A stretch of 64,000 nucleotides of DNA from an uncultured Collinsella sp. Its GTDB lineage: Bacteria; Actinomycetota; Coriobacteriia; Coriobacteriales; Coriobacteriaceae. Location: assembly GCA_902478945.1 (NCBI GenBank), contig CABSMX010000001.1:841-64840 (forward strand). The letters are read 5' to 3'. Shown one piece after another: positions 10,301 to 17,665 of the stretch. Position 1 is the stretch's first letter; the number at the start of each line of letters is the position of its first letter. The notes below the pieces were generated by a model that made no database searches, was not told the origin of the DNA, and saw nothing but the letters and a program-made list of their open reading frames with translations. The position numbers and the translations under genes were made by a program.

Positions 10301-13300
10301 TACATCGGCACCAACGCTGAGGCGCCCGTGACTACGGTGGAAAACGCCCAGGGCCTTTTGGTGCTCTCGGCTATCATCAGCTCGGGTGCGGGCGCTGGCG
10401 CGGCGCAAACCGACTACGCCGATTATGGCGTGTTCCGCGGCTCCAAGGCGTACTGGGGCAACGACACGGAAGATCCGGCGATATGCGGCTATTTGTTTGG
10501 CAACAAGAACTATGGCAAGGTACGAAATGCCAACTACGACAGTGTGGGCAAGCCCGCGGGTGTCGCCAGCGATTTCGAAGCCGCCAAAAATGATGACCAG
10601 AAGGCTCCCGGTAAGCAGGGCTGGCACGGACCCCTCGACGCGGACAACGACGTGAACTCGCCCTACCTGGTGGCGTCTTATGCTGCCAACTACCAAACGG
10701 GCTACGTGTGCGCCTCGAAGTCGATTGGCATGAGCCTGGAGTTCAAACAGGGCGCCCCCTACGATATGACCGGTTACGGCACGGGATATGTGGGCCTTAA
10801 CGGCCGCTACTATTCCAATGCCTGCGACTCGAACGAGGCGACCACCGACCGCGACCGCATCACGCCGCACATAGCCACGATCGACGGTAACGGCGCCACC
10901 ATCACGGTGGGTACCGAAGACGCCGCCTACGGCGCCGTCGAATACGCCGACGACGACTATAAGGTCTCGGGCGTGGGTGGCCTATTCAGCACCGTGATGT
11001 TCACCTCCACCAATGTGGGGCAGAGCGTTACCGCGAACGACCGCGCGCAGGTCAAAGACCTCACCTTTAGCAACTGCAACGTAGCGCTCACCTATATCGA
11101 CACCAACGGCGAAGCCAAACCGGGACAGGCGACGAACGACCTTATCGGCACTGGTCTTTTGGCGGGCGCAACGGCCAACTACGACGTCTGGACGTGCGGC
11201 GTCTACCGCAACGTGCAGATGAAGAACTGCACCGTGTCGGGCGCTAAGAGCGTAGGAGGGCTTCTTGGCAGCTCGGGCCGCGCCAGCAGAAGTACGGACA
11301 GTGACGTGACCTATATGGTCAAATTCAGCTCCACGTGGGCACCCATGTATCTCTACGACTGCTCGTACACCGGTCTTAACGTCGCGGGCGAGAAGTACGT
11401 CGGCGGCTACGTGGGTACGGTCGCCTCGTCAAGCGGCGTGTGGACAACCGCGGCCAAAGGGATGAGCGAGAAGGCTGTTGGCGAAAGCTCGACCATAACC
11501 GCCACGGGGACAACGCCCTACGTGGGCGGTGTGATCGGCTTTGCCAAATCAAGTCATATCTCGGTCAACACCAACATCGGTGCCACAACAGCGGTCCCGT
11601 CGAGCACGGCAGTCATCTCTGGGGTGAATGTGCTTGCCACCGGGGAGAATACCGATAGGTATATGGGCGCCGGCGGCGTGGTCGGGCGCGTCGATGGCGG
11701 CGTTATTTCTATGAGCAACGTGCGCATTGATGCCGGGACCGGCACCAAGAACGCCGTCATCGGCGATGGTACCGGAAAGAACTTCAAAATCCGCAATGCG
11801 GGCGGACTGATTGGCGAGGTCACGAGCAGCGGCAGCCCTAACACGTACTGGTTCGAGGACTGCAACGTCAAGAACGTTAACATCGCCGGTACCGACCAAT
11901 GCTCGGGCGGGCTTATTGGCTACTACTTCAGCAATGTGAACATAACTTGCAACAACATCGCAATTGAGAACGCTGCGATCAATGGCAGCTGGAGCGGCGG
12001 TCTACTTGGCGCGATTAACAGCGGGTCCGATGTCATCAACGTCACCAACACAAAGGTTTCCAACACCACGTTTGGCGGAACATCCAACGGTGGCATCGCG
12101 GGCGACGGCCGCGGCCAGTTTCATCTGGTAAACGTGCTCATGGACAGCAATATCTATAAATCTGACGCTAAGCAGGGTGTGCTCTTGGGCGAGGTCGACA
12201 CAGGCGGCTATAGCCTTTCCGCAGCGGGCGTGGACGTAAAGCCCGGCAAGGGCAAGACCACGAGCGACCTGCCGCCGATGGTTTACACGACCAATACGGC
12301 CGCCGTTAACAAGAAAACCTACATCGCGTTCGGAGACTACAACGACAGGCTCGACGTACCCGGCAAGGACACCACGCTCTACGGTGCGGACGATACCGCT
12401 ACTACGGCTGCAAGCCCATACGTGACCACGAGCCCCGTGAGCACGCTGGCGGTGCGTGCCTCCAACGACGACACCACTGATCGCTATCTGTTTGGCGACG
12501 GTGTCGCCATTGACACCGCGACGACCATCCAGAGCGAGGCAGGCACCAGTGTTGCCGGCCGCTACACCTATACCAATATCGGCGGCATTAATGATGCCGG
12601 CGCGTACCAAAACACGAGCACCTATAGCGCGGACAGCCCAAGGCCCACTTTCAACACCAACAACGTTACATCGGACAAGAAGGCTGCAACCGACTTCCCT
12701 GTACTCATGATTCCCGGCAACGACACGACGACGGTCGAGAAGTATCTGAACATCGTGACTAACGGCGGCTTTTCCGATGCCCGTCGCCTCAACGGCAGCG
12801 CCAAGCACGTGACCGCCACCGCTGAGGTCTTCAATCTTGCCGATAACGGCGCCTTCGTCAAGGACGCAACCGCCTCGCAAACGCCCACGCTCAAGGTGCT
12901 CAACAACGGCACGAGCTCCATGGTTTTCCGCGCGAGTACCGACTGGGACAACGAGCGGGGCCGCTTCACGCTGCTCACGGTCACTTTTAGAGAGGCCGGC
13001 CAGAGCTATCGCGTGCAGGTGCCCATCATCGTTAAGCGCATGCTCGAGATCGACTTCACCGCCACCTACTCCGAGGGCGCGAACTTCAAGGCTGCCGACT
13101 TTGCGACTCAATACGACAATCACGTGCTTGTGAGCAGCGGCGATACCATGACCGGTTACCTTACCTGGACCTATGGCAGCGCCCGGGGTGAGGCGGTCGC
13201 TTACGGCTGGAACACGCTGCTCGAAGCCGGCGGCTCCATGGGCCCGCTCAACAAAAGCATCACCTTTGGTGCCACGCTGCCCAAGGGCACGCAGCTCACA

Positions 13301-15043
13301 CTCGTGGACACTGCAAACAACAACCGTGAATACCACTGCACGGTCGGCGCAGGCGGAGCAGCGTCGGTCAAGCTCACCGACTTTGTGGATGCCGGCAACA
13401 ATGCCTACGTCGAGCCATGGCTGAGTGAAACCGTGGGCGTGAAGGCCAAGGAGGATAAGGAAAACGGCGCTTGGGTCAAGCTCACCGATGACGAGGTTGC
13501 GAACAAGAGCCAGGTCGAGCTCGCGAAGACGGCTGGCGCCAAGGTTGATGGCGCGTACTACCGCGCGCGTACATCTTCCGACACGATGGGCACGTTCTAC
13601 ACCCTCTCCGTTGCCAAGGAAGAGCCCAAGAGTGAGAACTTCTACTTGGTGGTGCGCACGCCGGCGGGCTCTGCGGGTGTCAACGGCTACACCGCAACTA
13701 CGGTGGACACGAGCCTCAACGAGCACATCAACTACCTGCTGCGAGGCAAGAAAGCAGCCGACGGCAAGGCTGCCGAGGACGGGCACCAGAATACGCCCTC
13801 GACCTACAGCGTGACATCCAACTACACGCACGGCCTCATCGATAACAACAAGGACGGCATCAAACAGATGGAGCTTCACGATGTCACCTATCCGCTTACC
13901 ATGAAGGTAAGCGACACCGTGAAGTTCGACTCGAACCAGCAATACACGAGCTCAGACGAGCTGTACTACCAGCTGGATTCTTCGCTCGTGAACTACGAAG
14001 GCGGCAAGGCCGCGGGCGCGCATGGCTACCCGACCGGAACCCAGGGCACGTATTCGTTCTACGTGAAGGTGGGGGGCAAGTACTACACGTGGAATGGTTC
14101 TAAGTGGATTGATGCCGGCACGTCGCCAACGCCGGCTATTGCTGCCAAAGACTGGTCTGCAACGGGTGGCGACATGTCGCTTGTGCTTGCCGATGCCAGT
14201 GGCAAGGCCATCGACCTTTCCGGCATTCGCGAGATCGCTAAGAACCATGGCAGCGAGTTCACCATCACCATGGAGGCGAATCTCGCCATGACGGAGCCTG
14301 CGTGCCAGGCTGGTATTATCGCTTCGCAGAATGGCGGCACAGATAAGTACACAAAGCCCAACTACCGTGCGCACCTCTCTACGCATGCCGAAACGCTCAG
14401 CACCAGTAGCAACTCGGCATACATCGGCGGCATAGCTGGATACTACCGCATGGACGTGGGCTCCTCGACTATTGCGCTCGAGGCTTCAAAGAAGTCGCAG
14501 CTGGGCATCAACATCGATGACCTCAAGTCCGCCGACGGCGAAATCGCTTTGGTGGGAACGTATGATTTGTCCAAGCTCGCGGGTGCTGAGGCCATGATCT
14601 CCAATGCCAGCACGGTGACGTACACGCTGAGCTTGCAGAAGCGCCGCCAAGATGATGATCGTTATGATGCGGTCGACAACATCTCAAGCTACATTACGGT
14701 GCTCGGTAGCGACAAGTTGGCTAACGGCTCTTTGAGCGCCGATGGCAAGAATTACGTATTTACTGATAGCAAGGGGACTGGCGGCACGTTCGCCACGCGC
14801 GACGGCAACAGCCTTGCCTTTAAGCATGCCTTCCGCGTTAAGGTGAACACCGATGTTGAGGGCAAGGACCAAACTTATGCCAACTACCGCTTGGTGCTTA
14901 CGGCTCATATGTCCGGCGTCGGTGTCAACGACACGCCGGTTAACGTCAGCAGCCTCGCCGGCTATGCGAACTCCGACTACGTGACGTACACGCTAGCGCG
15001 CATCAACACCAAGGGCATTCCCCATGAGACGAAAACCAACTAG
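4394..15043 (+). CDS. Giant (3,549 aa) secreted GLUG-motif repeat protein with no recognisable cell-wall anchor
   Basis: A Sec-type signal peptide (MRTAKRITTACLTAIMIFQALAPSTEVFA/QE) is followed by an Asp/Ala/Thr-rich acidic spacer. There are many G-G-[LFV]-[IVAF]-G motifs (AGGLIGEA, AGGLIGKA, AGGLIGDA, AGGLFGV, YGGLVGK, AGGLVGY in the first block; VGGLLGS, VGGYVGT, VGGVIGF, AGGVVGR, AGGLIGE, SGGLIGY, SGGLLGA in a second block near nt 11250-12100). This is typical of the GLUG motif of large Gram-positive surface proteins. The C-terminus (..ARINTKGIPHETKTN) has no LPXTG or hydrophobic tail. Confidence 0.85.
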   Translation: MRTAKRITTACLTAIMIFQALAPSTEVFAQELDTVMEASVSAARAAGNTARSVQDGVATALQDADQAASDDAATTPGADAGATEGGDGSTNAGESQDSTTDGTTNGDTPTEGDASQDDAATDEGAADEEQADDADADAADQAGANYPIATVEALRHALGDGNVITDDLGAVTAITFESNADLIAISNTDPAIYQNANISKGGSTGIDFDVCGAEIVDGLGSLTFQGFGSDAYPFKGALNLGDRTLTVNKTLFNNIELSDANSTVKLTWKGTDAQPIVAAKVTGADKTLAATVTVGTPKSDTEKDICKLTSPLVGEVTGALTLNATYTTSANSPLAVDMQSSAGNMGLLVNTLAEKASFTLAGLALPDNLDGTPTINATADGANAGGLIGEAQEGATVALPTGIDVSALSVAGKNAAGGLIGKATKLTLTVGKDNSGKDASGKAVVIKPAHAVGSSSAGTYAGGLIGDASFADAFTINSGIFDFGKGVALSVSNTSAAPSAGGLFGVLDISNGDAVVNGGSYTSTLQNGTDNSNNNGVRGNYGGLVGKLWGKKNGDALHAFTVQDDTAVSFGVGSNGKLTYAGGLVGYLGEGGGSANVSAVVISDATVTCSTSGYASANGKYGGAVGVVDTNNVLEVRGLKVKTASGANIGGTNGGFAGVVGSSWLGIVKFSGITDLSDATFVENDHTAQLIYENFNSLIFAAGSGSDSGTAAGDTMKWQYKRPSTPVKIDDVYSCGQVIRLGNPLSENLISINEAHRWIFSSKLVKTGDAFALASIDDFAKLAITWQTNGYYSMVDGVTENNLNGLQSLTITVSGTIDLKGTGLTGFTQDRADGSQVFSGTLNGGGTNGNGTINLAVGEPYGMRGKAVLDGNDTSNGNGKIYRHGRLGLFAAVNGATISNVTIAGSMKFDNGSAIDAGSLAGAIVGNLSLSGVTCKTNIACDDTFSNEVNIGGIAGSVSAASTVAFEGDSKAQATITKAQTLSGNMRIGGAIGNVGDYTSTFNVTRLEVGGKIKTGDCAGGKIAQVGGFIGRIVQGSNEKHVTITGLSFSEFAMTVGKNGDKLNGAGGLLGYSWGNAIVTIGDTAANTSGSAYALKTSNNTTVTANSSAEVGGLVYAASGHWIVNNYAINLANASFTANNATTLGVLIARGGTSDSNSFGAETNYNGLYLEDRASWDTAYAVNGVSITAPKVTTYDEWLANGVKPESNLIDNGCNAVVSLHTEGQKLDMSGNPARDNSYQNRIAPANSSDGFPQSNGSVRYYYNLDKAYAEVGNNPENDSKDNWMNSAEYLLLWCAYLYAPSAIQDYIIPGNQAIFQGNNIGTSDSAGVEINLDGYSFYPTDPAKGSTVTVNNATITFHYSDIKAEQKGNKKNSEATQHENMHCALIGTHTGSLKVKNVTLAGTVGSVVNDEGSSSGALVCRCIYGPINETNVAQLEIDGLTLDGLTVDGVNDDTSYAPLLINEMQTCVNLSAKNISTRSYANGATAATSLFGRLGVGKNSDQVTAKFEQISLPSKNNDTIFTHASLLESFGYGSTSTGSADYTFTKAEADAGKVTYGSEIDAKDKEYSGKQLWYYDKETYATPNGLVTVDKKPADAKNPRFGDYLPYVYKGKATEDGVQYHEIKVNQRIPNLMTGCGTYGDPYAVTDATEMNAIANYINNSVALDGWEVTIAADQSRLCERRNKTKIDSARTDNEVVYVYKQANGADNKWEKKNGDATTDPSQTLSDETMHRYVQSAYYSIEPPEGNKITVDAASFGGFGNKANPFRGVIVGDLGKSTAAIEIENNKGELRGLIPYSYGSVVRNLNINYVNAQATITYSDKDEDGVPTAFFGGVIGCILGGDNIIDGVVVNNPNNGSTAYGFTVVSNPDVSRSHLVPIGGYVGAIAGGGVIFRHTGDSWRGGTKEKFKPVAKGGANSQLYDNPYVGRVIDGYAFSEGCAVKNGDANYKINELKDKGTPCVTTTGTDNKYIGTNAEAPVTTVENAQGLLVLSAIISSGAGAGAAQTDYADYGVFRGSKAYWGNDTEDPAICGYLFGNKNYGKVRNANYDSVGKPAGVASDFEAAKNDDQKAPGKQGWHGPLDADNDVNSPYLVASYAANYQTGYVCASKSIGMSLEFKQGAPYDMTGYGTGYVGLNGRYYSNACDSNEATTDRDRITPHIATIDGNGATITVGTEDAAYGAVEYADDDYKVSGVGGLFSTVMFTSTNVGQSVTANDRAQVKDLTFSNCNVALTYIDTNGEAKPGQATNDLIGTGLLAGATANYDVWTCGVYRNVQMKNCTVSGAKSVGGLLGSSGRASRSTDSDVTYMVKFSSTWAPMYLYDCSYTGLNVAGEKYVGGYVGTVASSSGVWTTAAKGMSEKAVGESSTITATGTTPYVGGVIGFAKSSHISVNTNIGATTAVPSSTAVISGVNVLATGENTDRYMGAGGVVGRVDGGVISMSNVRIDAGTGTKNAVIGDGTGKNFKIRNAGGLIGEVTSSGSPNTYWFEDCNVKNVNIAGTDQCSGGLIGYYFSNVNITCNNIAIENAAINGSWSGGLLGAINSGSDVINVTNTKVSNTTFGGTSNGGIAGDGRGQFHLVNVLMDSNIYKSDAKQGVLLGEVDTGGYSLSAAGVDVKPGKGKTTSDLPPMVYTTNTAAVNKKTYIAFGDYNDRLDVPGKDTTLYGADDTATTAASPYVTTSPVSTLAVRASNDDTTDRYLFGDGVAIDTATTIQSEAGTSVAGRYTYTNIGGINDAGAYQNTSTYSADSPRPTFNTNNVTSDKKAATDFPVLMIPGNDTTTVEKYLNIVTNGGFSDARRLNGSAKHVTATAEVFNLADNGAFVKDATASQTPTLKVLNNGTSSMVFRASTDWDNERGRFTLLTVTFREAGQSYRVQVPIIVKRMLEIDFTATYSEGANFKAADFATQYDNHVLVSSGDTMTGYLTWTYGSARGEAVAYGWNTLLEAGGSMGPLNKSITFGATLPKGTQLTLVDTANNNREYHCTVGAGGAASVKLTDFVDAGNNAYVEPWLSETVGVKAKEDKENGAWVKLTDDEVANKSQVELAKTAGAKVDGAYYRARTSSDTMGTFYTLSVAKEEPKSENFYLVVRTPAGSAGVNGYTATTVDTSLNEHINYLLRGKKAADGKAAEDGHQNTPSTYSVTSNYTHGLIDNNKDGIKQMELHDVTYPLTMKVSDTVKFDSNQQYTSSDELYYQLDSSLVNYEGGKAAGAHGYPTGTQGTYSFYVKVGGKYYTWNGSKWIDAGTSPTPAIAAKDWSATGGDMSLVLADASGKAIDLSGIREIAKNHGSEFTITMEANLAMTEPACQAGIIASQNGGTDKYTKPNYRAHLSTHAETLSTSSNSAYIGGIAGYYRMDVGSSTIALEASKKSQLGINIDDLKSADGEIALVGTYDLSKLAGAEAMISNASTVTYTLSLQKRRQDDDRYDAVDNISSYITVLGSDKLANGSLSADGKNYVFTDSKGTGGTFATRDGNSLAFKHAFRVKVNTDVEGKDQTYANYRLVLTAHMSGVGVNDTPVNVSSLAGYANSDYVTYTLARINTKGIPHETKTN

Positions 15044-15051
15044 CCACGCGA

Positions 15052-15087
15052 GGGGCGGCAACCACCCGGTTGCCGCCCTCTTTTCTT
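15052..15087 (+). terminator. Intrinsic terminator of the giant-protein operon
   Basis: GGGCGGCAAC-CACCCG-GTTGCCGCCC is followed by TCTTTTCTT, starting 9 nt after the stop codon. Confidence 0.8.
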
Positions 15088-15120
15088 GTTCGCCTGACCC
15101 GCTGCTGTCCCAGCTACCCA

Positions 15121-15217
15121 CCAACTTTCCAGCTTTCCACCCAACTTACCACCTAAGGTGGAAAGCTGGAAAGTTAAGTGGAAAGCTGGTAAGTTAGGTG
15201 GAAAGTTGGAAAGTTGG
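15121..15217. repeat. Composite TGGAAAG repeat module, upstream copy
   Basis: CCAACTTTCCAGCTTTCCAC / CCAACTTACCACC / TAA / GGTGGAAAGCTGGAAAGTTAA / GTGGAAAGCTGGTAAGTTAG / GTGGAAAGTTGGAAAGTTGG. That is two inverted and three direct ~20-bp units, with the TGGAAAG heptamer phased about every 10 bp. The module abuts the RBS of the 15228 gene. Confidence 0.9.
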
Positions 15218-15227
15218 GAGGTTCGGC

Positions 15228-16697
15228 ATGAATGAGGAGTGGTTGGCGCAGGTTATCCATCATCTGCGGGCAATAGGAAACGACACCCAGCAGTACGAAG
15301 TAAAAGAAGCCAAGGGCGCGCTCCCCAAAAGCATCGTCGAGACGCTTTCGGCATTTTCCAACGCGCAGGGCGGCTTTATCATCCTCGGCATTTCCGAAAA
15401 GAACGGGTTTATGCCCGTCGAGGGTTTTGATGCCCGCAAGATGCAAGACGCCCTCTCTTCTGCATGTGAAAAGCCGACGCCCGTTGTGAGGCCGGATATC
15501 CAAGTGCTCCCCTTCGAGGGTAAGCTGGTGCTTTGCGCGCGCATCAAAGAAATGCATCCACGCGATAAACCCTGCTATATTGCGGCACGCGGAATGTACG
15601 ATTCGTCCTTTATCCGTACGGGCGACGGCGACCGGCGCATGACTCCCTACGAAATCGATCGCTTTATGGAGGAGCATGTTCAGCCTACATACGACGACGA
15701 GCCGGTCGAAGGTGCCACGCTCGATGACCTTGACGCCGATCTTTTGCAAAGGTTTATAAAACGCCAGCGCGAGCTACACCCTAGGCTTTTGGGCACCAGA
15801 AGCGACGATGAGATTCTCCTTGATCTGCATGTGACCAAAAGGGTGGACGACGCAATCGTGCCGACGCTTGCTGCAATTGTCGCGATGGGACGGTTTCCGC
15901 AAAAGTTCTTCCCACGTCTCAATGTGACCTTTACGGCGTACCCCGGGACCACAAAAACGCAGCGAGTAAGTGATAACAAGCGTTTTGTGGATTCTCAGAC
16001 CATTTTGGGTCCGATCCCTTTCATGATTGAGGACGTGCTTGCCGCCGTTGCGAGAAACACCCGAAACGCAGCGGTTATCGAGGGCGCGTTCCGGAAAGAT
16101 GTGCCCGATTATCCGCCCGTGGCGCTGCGCGAGGCGGTGGCGAACGCGCTCATGCACCGCGACTACTCTTCCGCCGCGCGTGGCTCACAAGTGCAGGTCA
16201 ACCTGTATATCGACCGCGTCGAGATTCTCAATCCCGGCGGGCTGTACGGCGATGTAACGATCGATTTGCTGGGAGTTTCTGGGGTTCCGTCATCTAGAAA
16301 CCAGTTCCTTTCAAATATCCTCGAGACCACGCCGTACCCAGGCGGTGGCTACGTGGTCGAAAATCGCGGCACTGGTTATCAGGAAATAGGTGAGCAGCTC
16401 GAGCGGGCAAACATGCTGCCGCCCGAACCAAAGAACTCGACGGTTTCTTTTTCGCTGACGTTCGATAAGCGAAAGATAATGCGGGCGGAACAGGTGACAT
16501 CTGTGGGGCATGTGGACGAGGCAATCTTGGATTACCTGGCAACACATTCTTCGGCTTCGGCCAAGGAGCTCACCGACGCTTCGGGTTTGAGCAGGAGCGC
16601 CGTTTCCAACCACATAAAAGGCTTGATTGGTGCGGGCAAGATTGAGGCGATGGAGCCTCCGCGCAGCCCGCGACAGCGGTATCGACTCGCGAAGTAG
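15228..16697 (+). CDS. COG2865-type protein: AlbA_2 (Schlafen-like) DNA-binding domain + HATPase_c_4-like domain + C-terminal winged HTH
   Basis: The ATG at 15228 is preceded by GGGAGG. N-terminal YEVKEAKG..LSAFSNAQGGFIILGI is typical of the AlbA_2 domain. ALREAVANALMHRDY is typical of the HATPase_c_4 region. The C-terminus (ILDYLATHSSASAKELTDASGLSRSAVSNHIKGLIGAGKI) is a MarR/ArsR-like wHTH. Confidence 0.8.
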   Translation: MNEEWLAQVIHHLRAIGNDTQQYEVKEAKGALPKSIVETLSAFSNAQGGFIILGISEKNGFMPVEGFDARKMQDALSSACEKPTPVVRPDIQVLPFEGKLVLCARIKEMHPRDKPCYIAARGMYDSSFIRTGDGDRRMTPYEIDRFMEEHVQPTYDDEPVEGATLDDLDADLLQRFIKRQRELHPRLLGTRSDDEILLDLHVTKRVDDAIVPTLAAIVAMGRFPQKFFPRLNVTFTAYPGTTKTQRVSDNKRFVDSQTILGPIPFMIEDVLAAVARNTRNAAVIEGAFRKDVPDYPPVALREAVANALMHRDYSSAARGSQVQVNLYIDRVEILNPGGLYGDVTIDLLGVSGVPSSRNQFLSNILETTPYPGGGYVVENRGTGYQEIGEQLERANMLPPEPKNSTVSFSLTFDKRKIMRAEQVTSVGHVDEAILDYLATHSSASAKELTDASGLSRSAVSNHIKGLIGAGKIEAMEPPRSPRQRYRLAK

Positions 16698-16725
16698 GGC
16701 TGTCCGTCGCCCATGCTTCGGTCTC

Positions 16726-16825
16726 CCAACTTCTTTCCAGCTTTCCACTTAACTTACCACTTAAGGTGGAAAGCTGGAAAGTTAAGTGGAAAGCTGGAAA
16801 GTAAGTGGAAAGTTGACATGTTGGG
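16726..16825. repeat. Composite TGGAAAG repeat module, downstream copy (same orientation as 15121-15217)
   Basis: CCAACTTCTTTCCAGCTTTCCAC / TTAACTTACCAC / TTAAG / GTGGAAAGCTGGAAAGTTAA / GTGGAAAGCTGGAAAGTAA / GTGGAAAGTTGACATGTTGG. The architecture matches the upstream module. Confidence 0.9.
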
Positions 16826-17080
16826 TGCGGGCTGAAGAGGGGTTAATAATTGCACAAACCATACCAGCCAATCAAAAAGATACCAATCTGGTTGGTAAAA
16901 CACCGTCAATGAGCCGCGAGCCAACTAGCTGCGTAAATAAAACCTAAAGAACTGTTGCAAATGAATGGCAAATACCCAGATGCCGCCGTTGCGATTTTCA
17001 ATTAACTGTTACGCGGGAACAGCAAAATGCTACTATCTAACAAGCACGTAAGAAAGCAGATTAACGGTTAAGGCTAAGAA

Positions 17081-17485
17081 GTGGCAGGTATGTCGGAAGC
17101 AACTAGGACTCGCACGCATGCGCCCGAGGTTAGGCAGCGCGCCGTCGAGATCCTCCAAGAGGGGGTTGGTCACCGCGCCCTCGCCGCAAAGCTCGGCATT
17201 CCCCAGGCCACGGCTCGTCAGTGGGCCCGCGCATATGCCGTGGGCGGTGCCGACGCCGTGCTCAACGCGGGCGCTCGCCATCACACCTATTCGTACGACG
17301 TAAAGCTCGCCGTGGTTAAGGACCGTCTGGAAAACGGCCTGACGGTTCGCGAGGCCATGATCAAGCACAAGATCCCCAGCGAGTCTTCGGTCAAGGCTTG
17401 GTGCCGCCTGTACCGCGACGGCGGCGAGGCGGCGCTGGTCGATAAGCCGCGGGGTCGCAAGCCGCGCGTTAAAAAGGCGGAATAG
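17081..17485 (+). CDS. Orphan IS3-family OrfA-like helix-turn-helix protein
   Basis: APEVRQRAVEIL.. GIPQATARQWARAY.. and YSYDVKLAVVKDRLENGLTVREAMIKHKIPSESSVKAWCRLYRDGG resemble the double-HTH OrfA of IS3/IS150 elements. No OrfB/DDE gene or terminal inverted repeats follow. An alternative ATG start is at 17090. Confidence 0.6.
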   Translation: MAGMSEATRTRTHAPEVRQRAVEILQEGVGHRALAAKLGIPQATARQWARAYAVGGADAVLNAGARHHTYSYDVKLAVVKDRLENGLTVREAMIKHKIPSESSVKAWCRLYRDGGEAALVDKPRGRKPRVKKAE

Positions 17486-17497
17486 CGAACGGGATGG

Positions 17498-17522
17498 TGC
17501 GCCCGCGGGGGCGCATTTTTCT
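17498..17522 (+). terminator. Intrinsic terminator after the HTH gene
   Basis: TGCGCCC-GCGG-GGGCGCA is followed by TTTTTCT. Confidence 0.65.
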
Positions 17523-17665
17523 TGCCGCCCCACTGCTCCAAAGCGGACGTGCCCTTGCCCCGTACGCCTAAAACTCCCCAGTTGACCGAAAACCTGCCGC
17601 CGTTGCTCCTCAATTGAGCTATAACGTTAAACAATTGCAGCGTTTTTGCATGGGGGAGTGATGGT

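Noticed and set aside
15121-17080. Reading the TGGAAAG arrays plus AT-rich spacer as a plasmid or ICE replication origin with iterons
   Set aside because: The window contains no Rep, partition, relaxase or integrase gene, and the two arrays bracket a regulator-like gene instead. I kept this only as an alternative reading inside the finding.
17081-17485. An intact IS3-family insertion sequence
   Set aside because: Only an OrfA-like HTH ORF is present. There is no frameshift site, OrfB/DDE ORF or terminal inverted repeats, and the gene has its own terminator.
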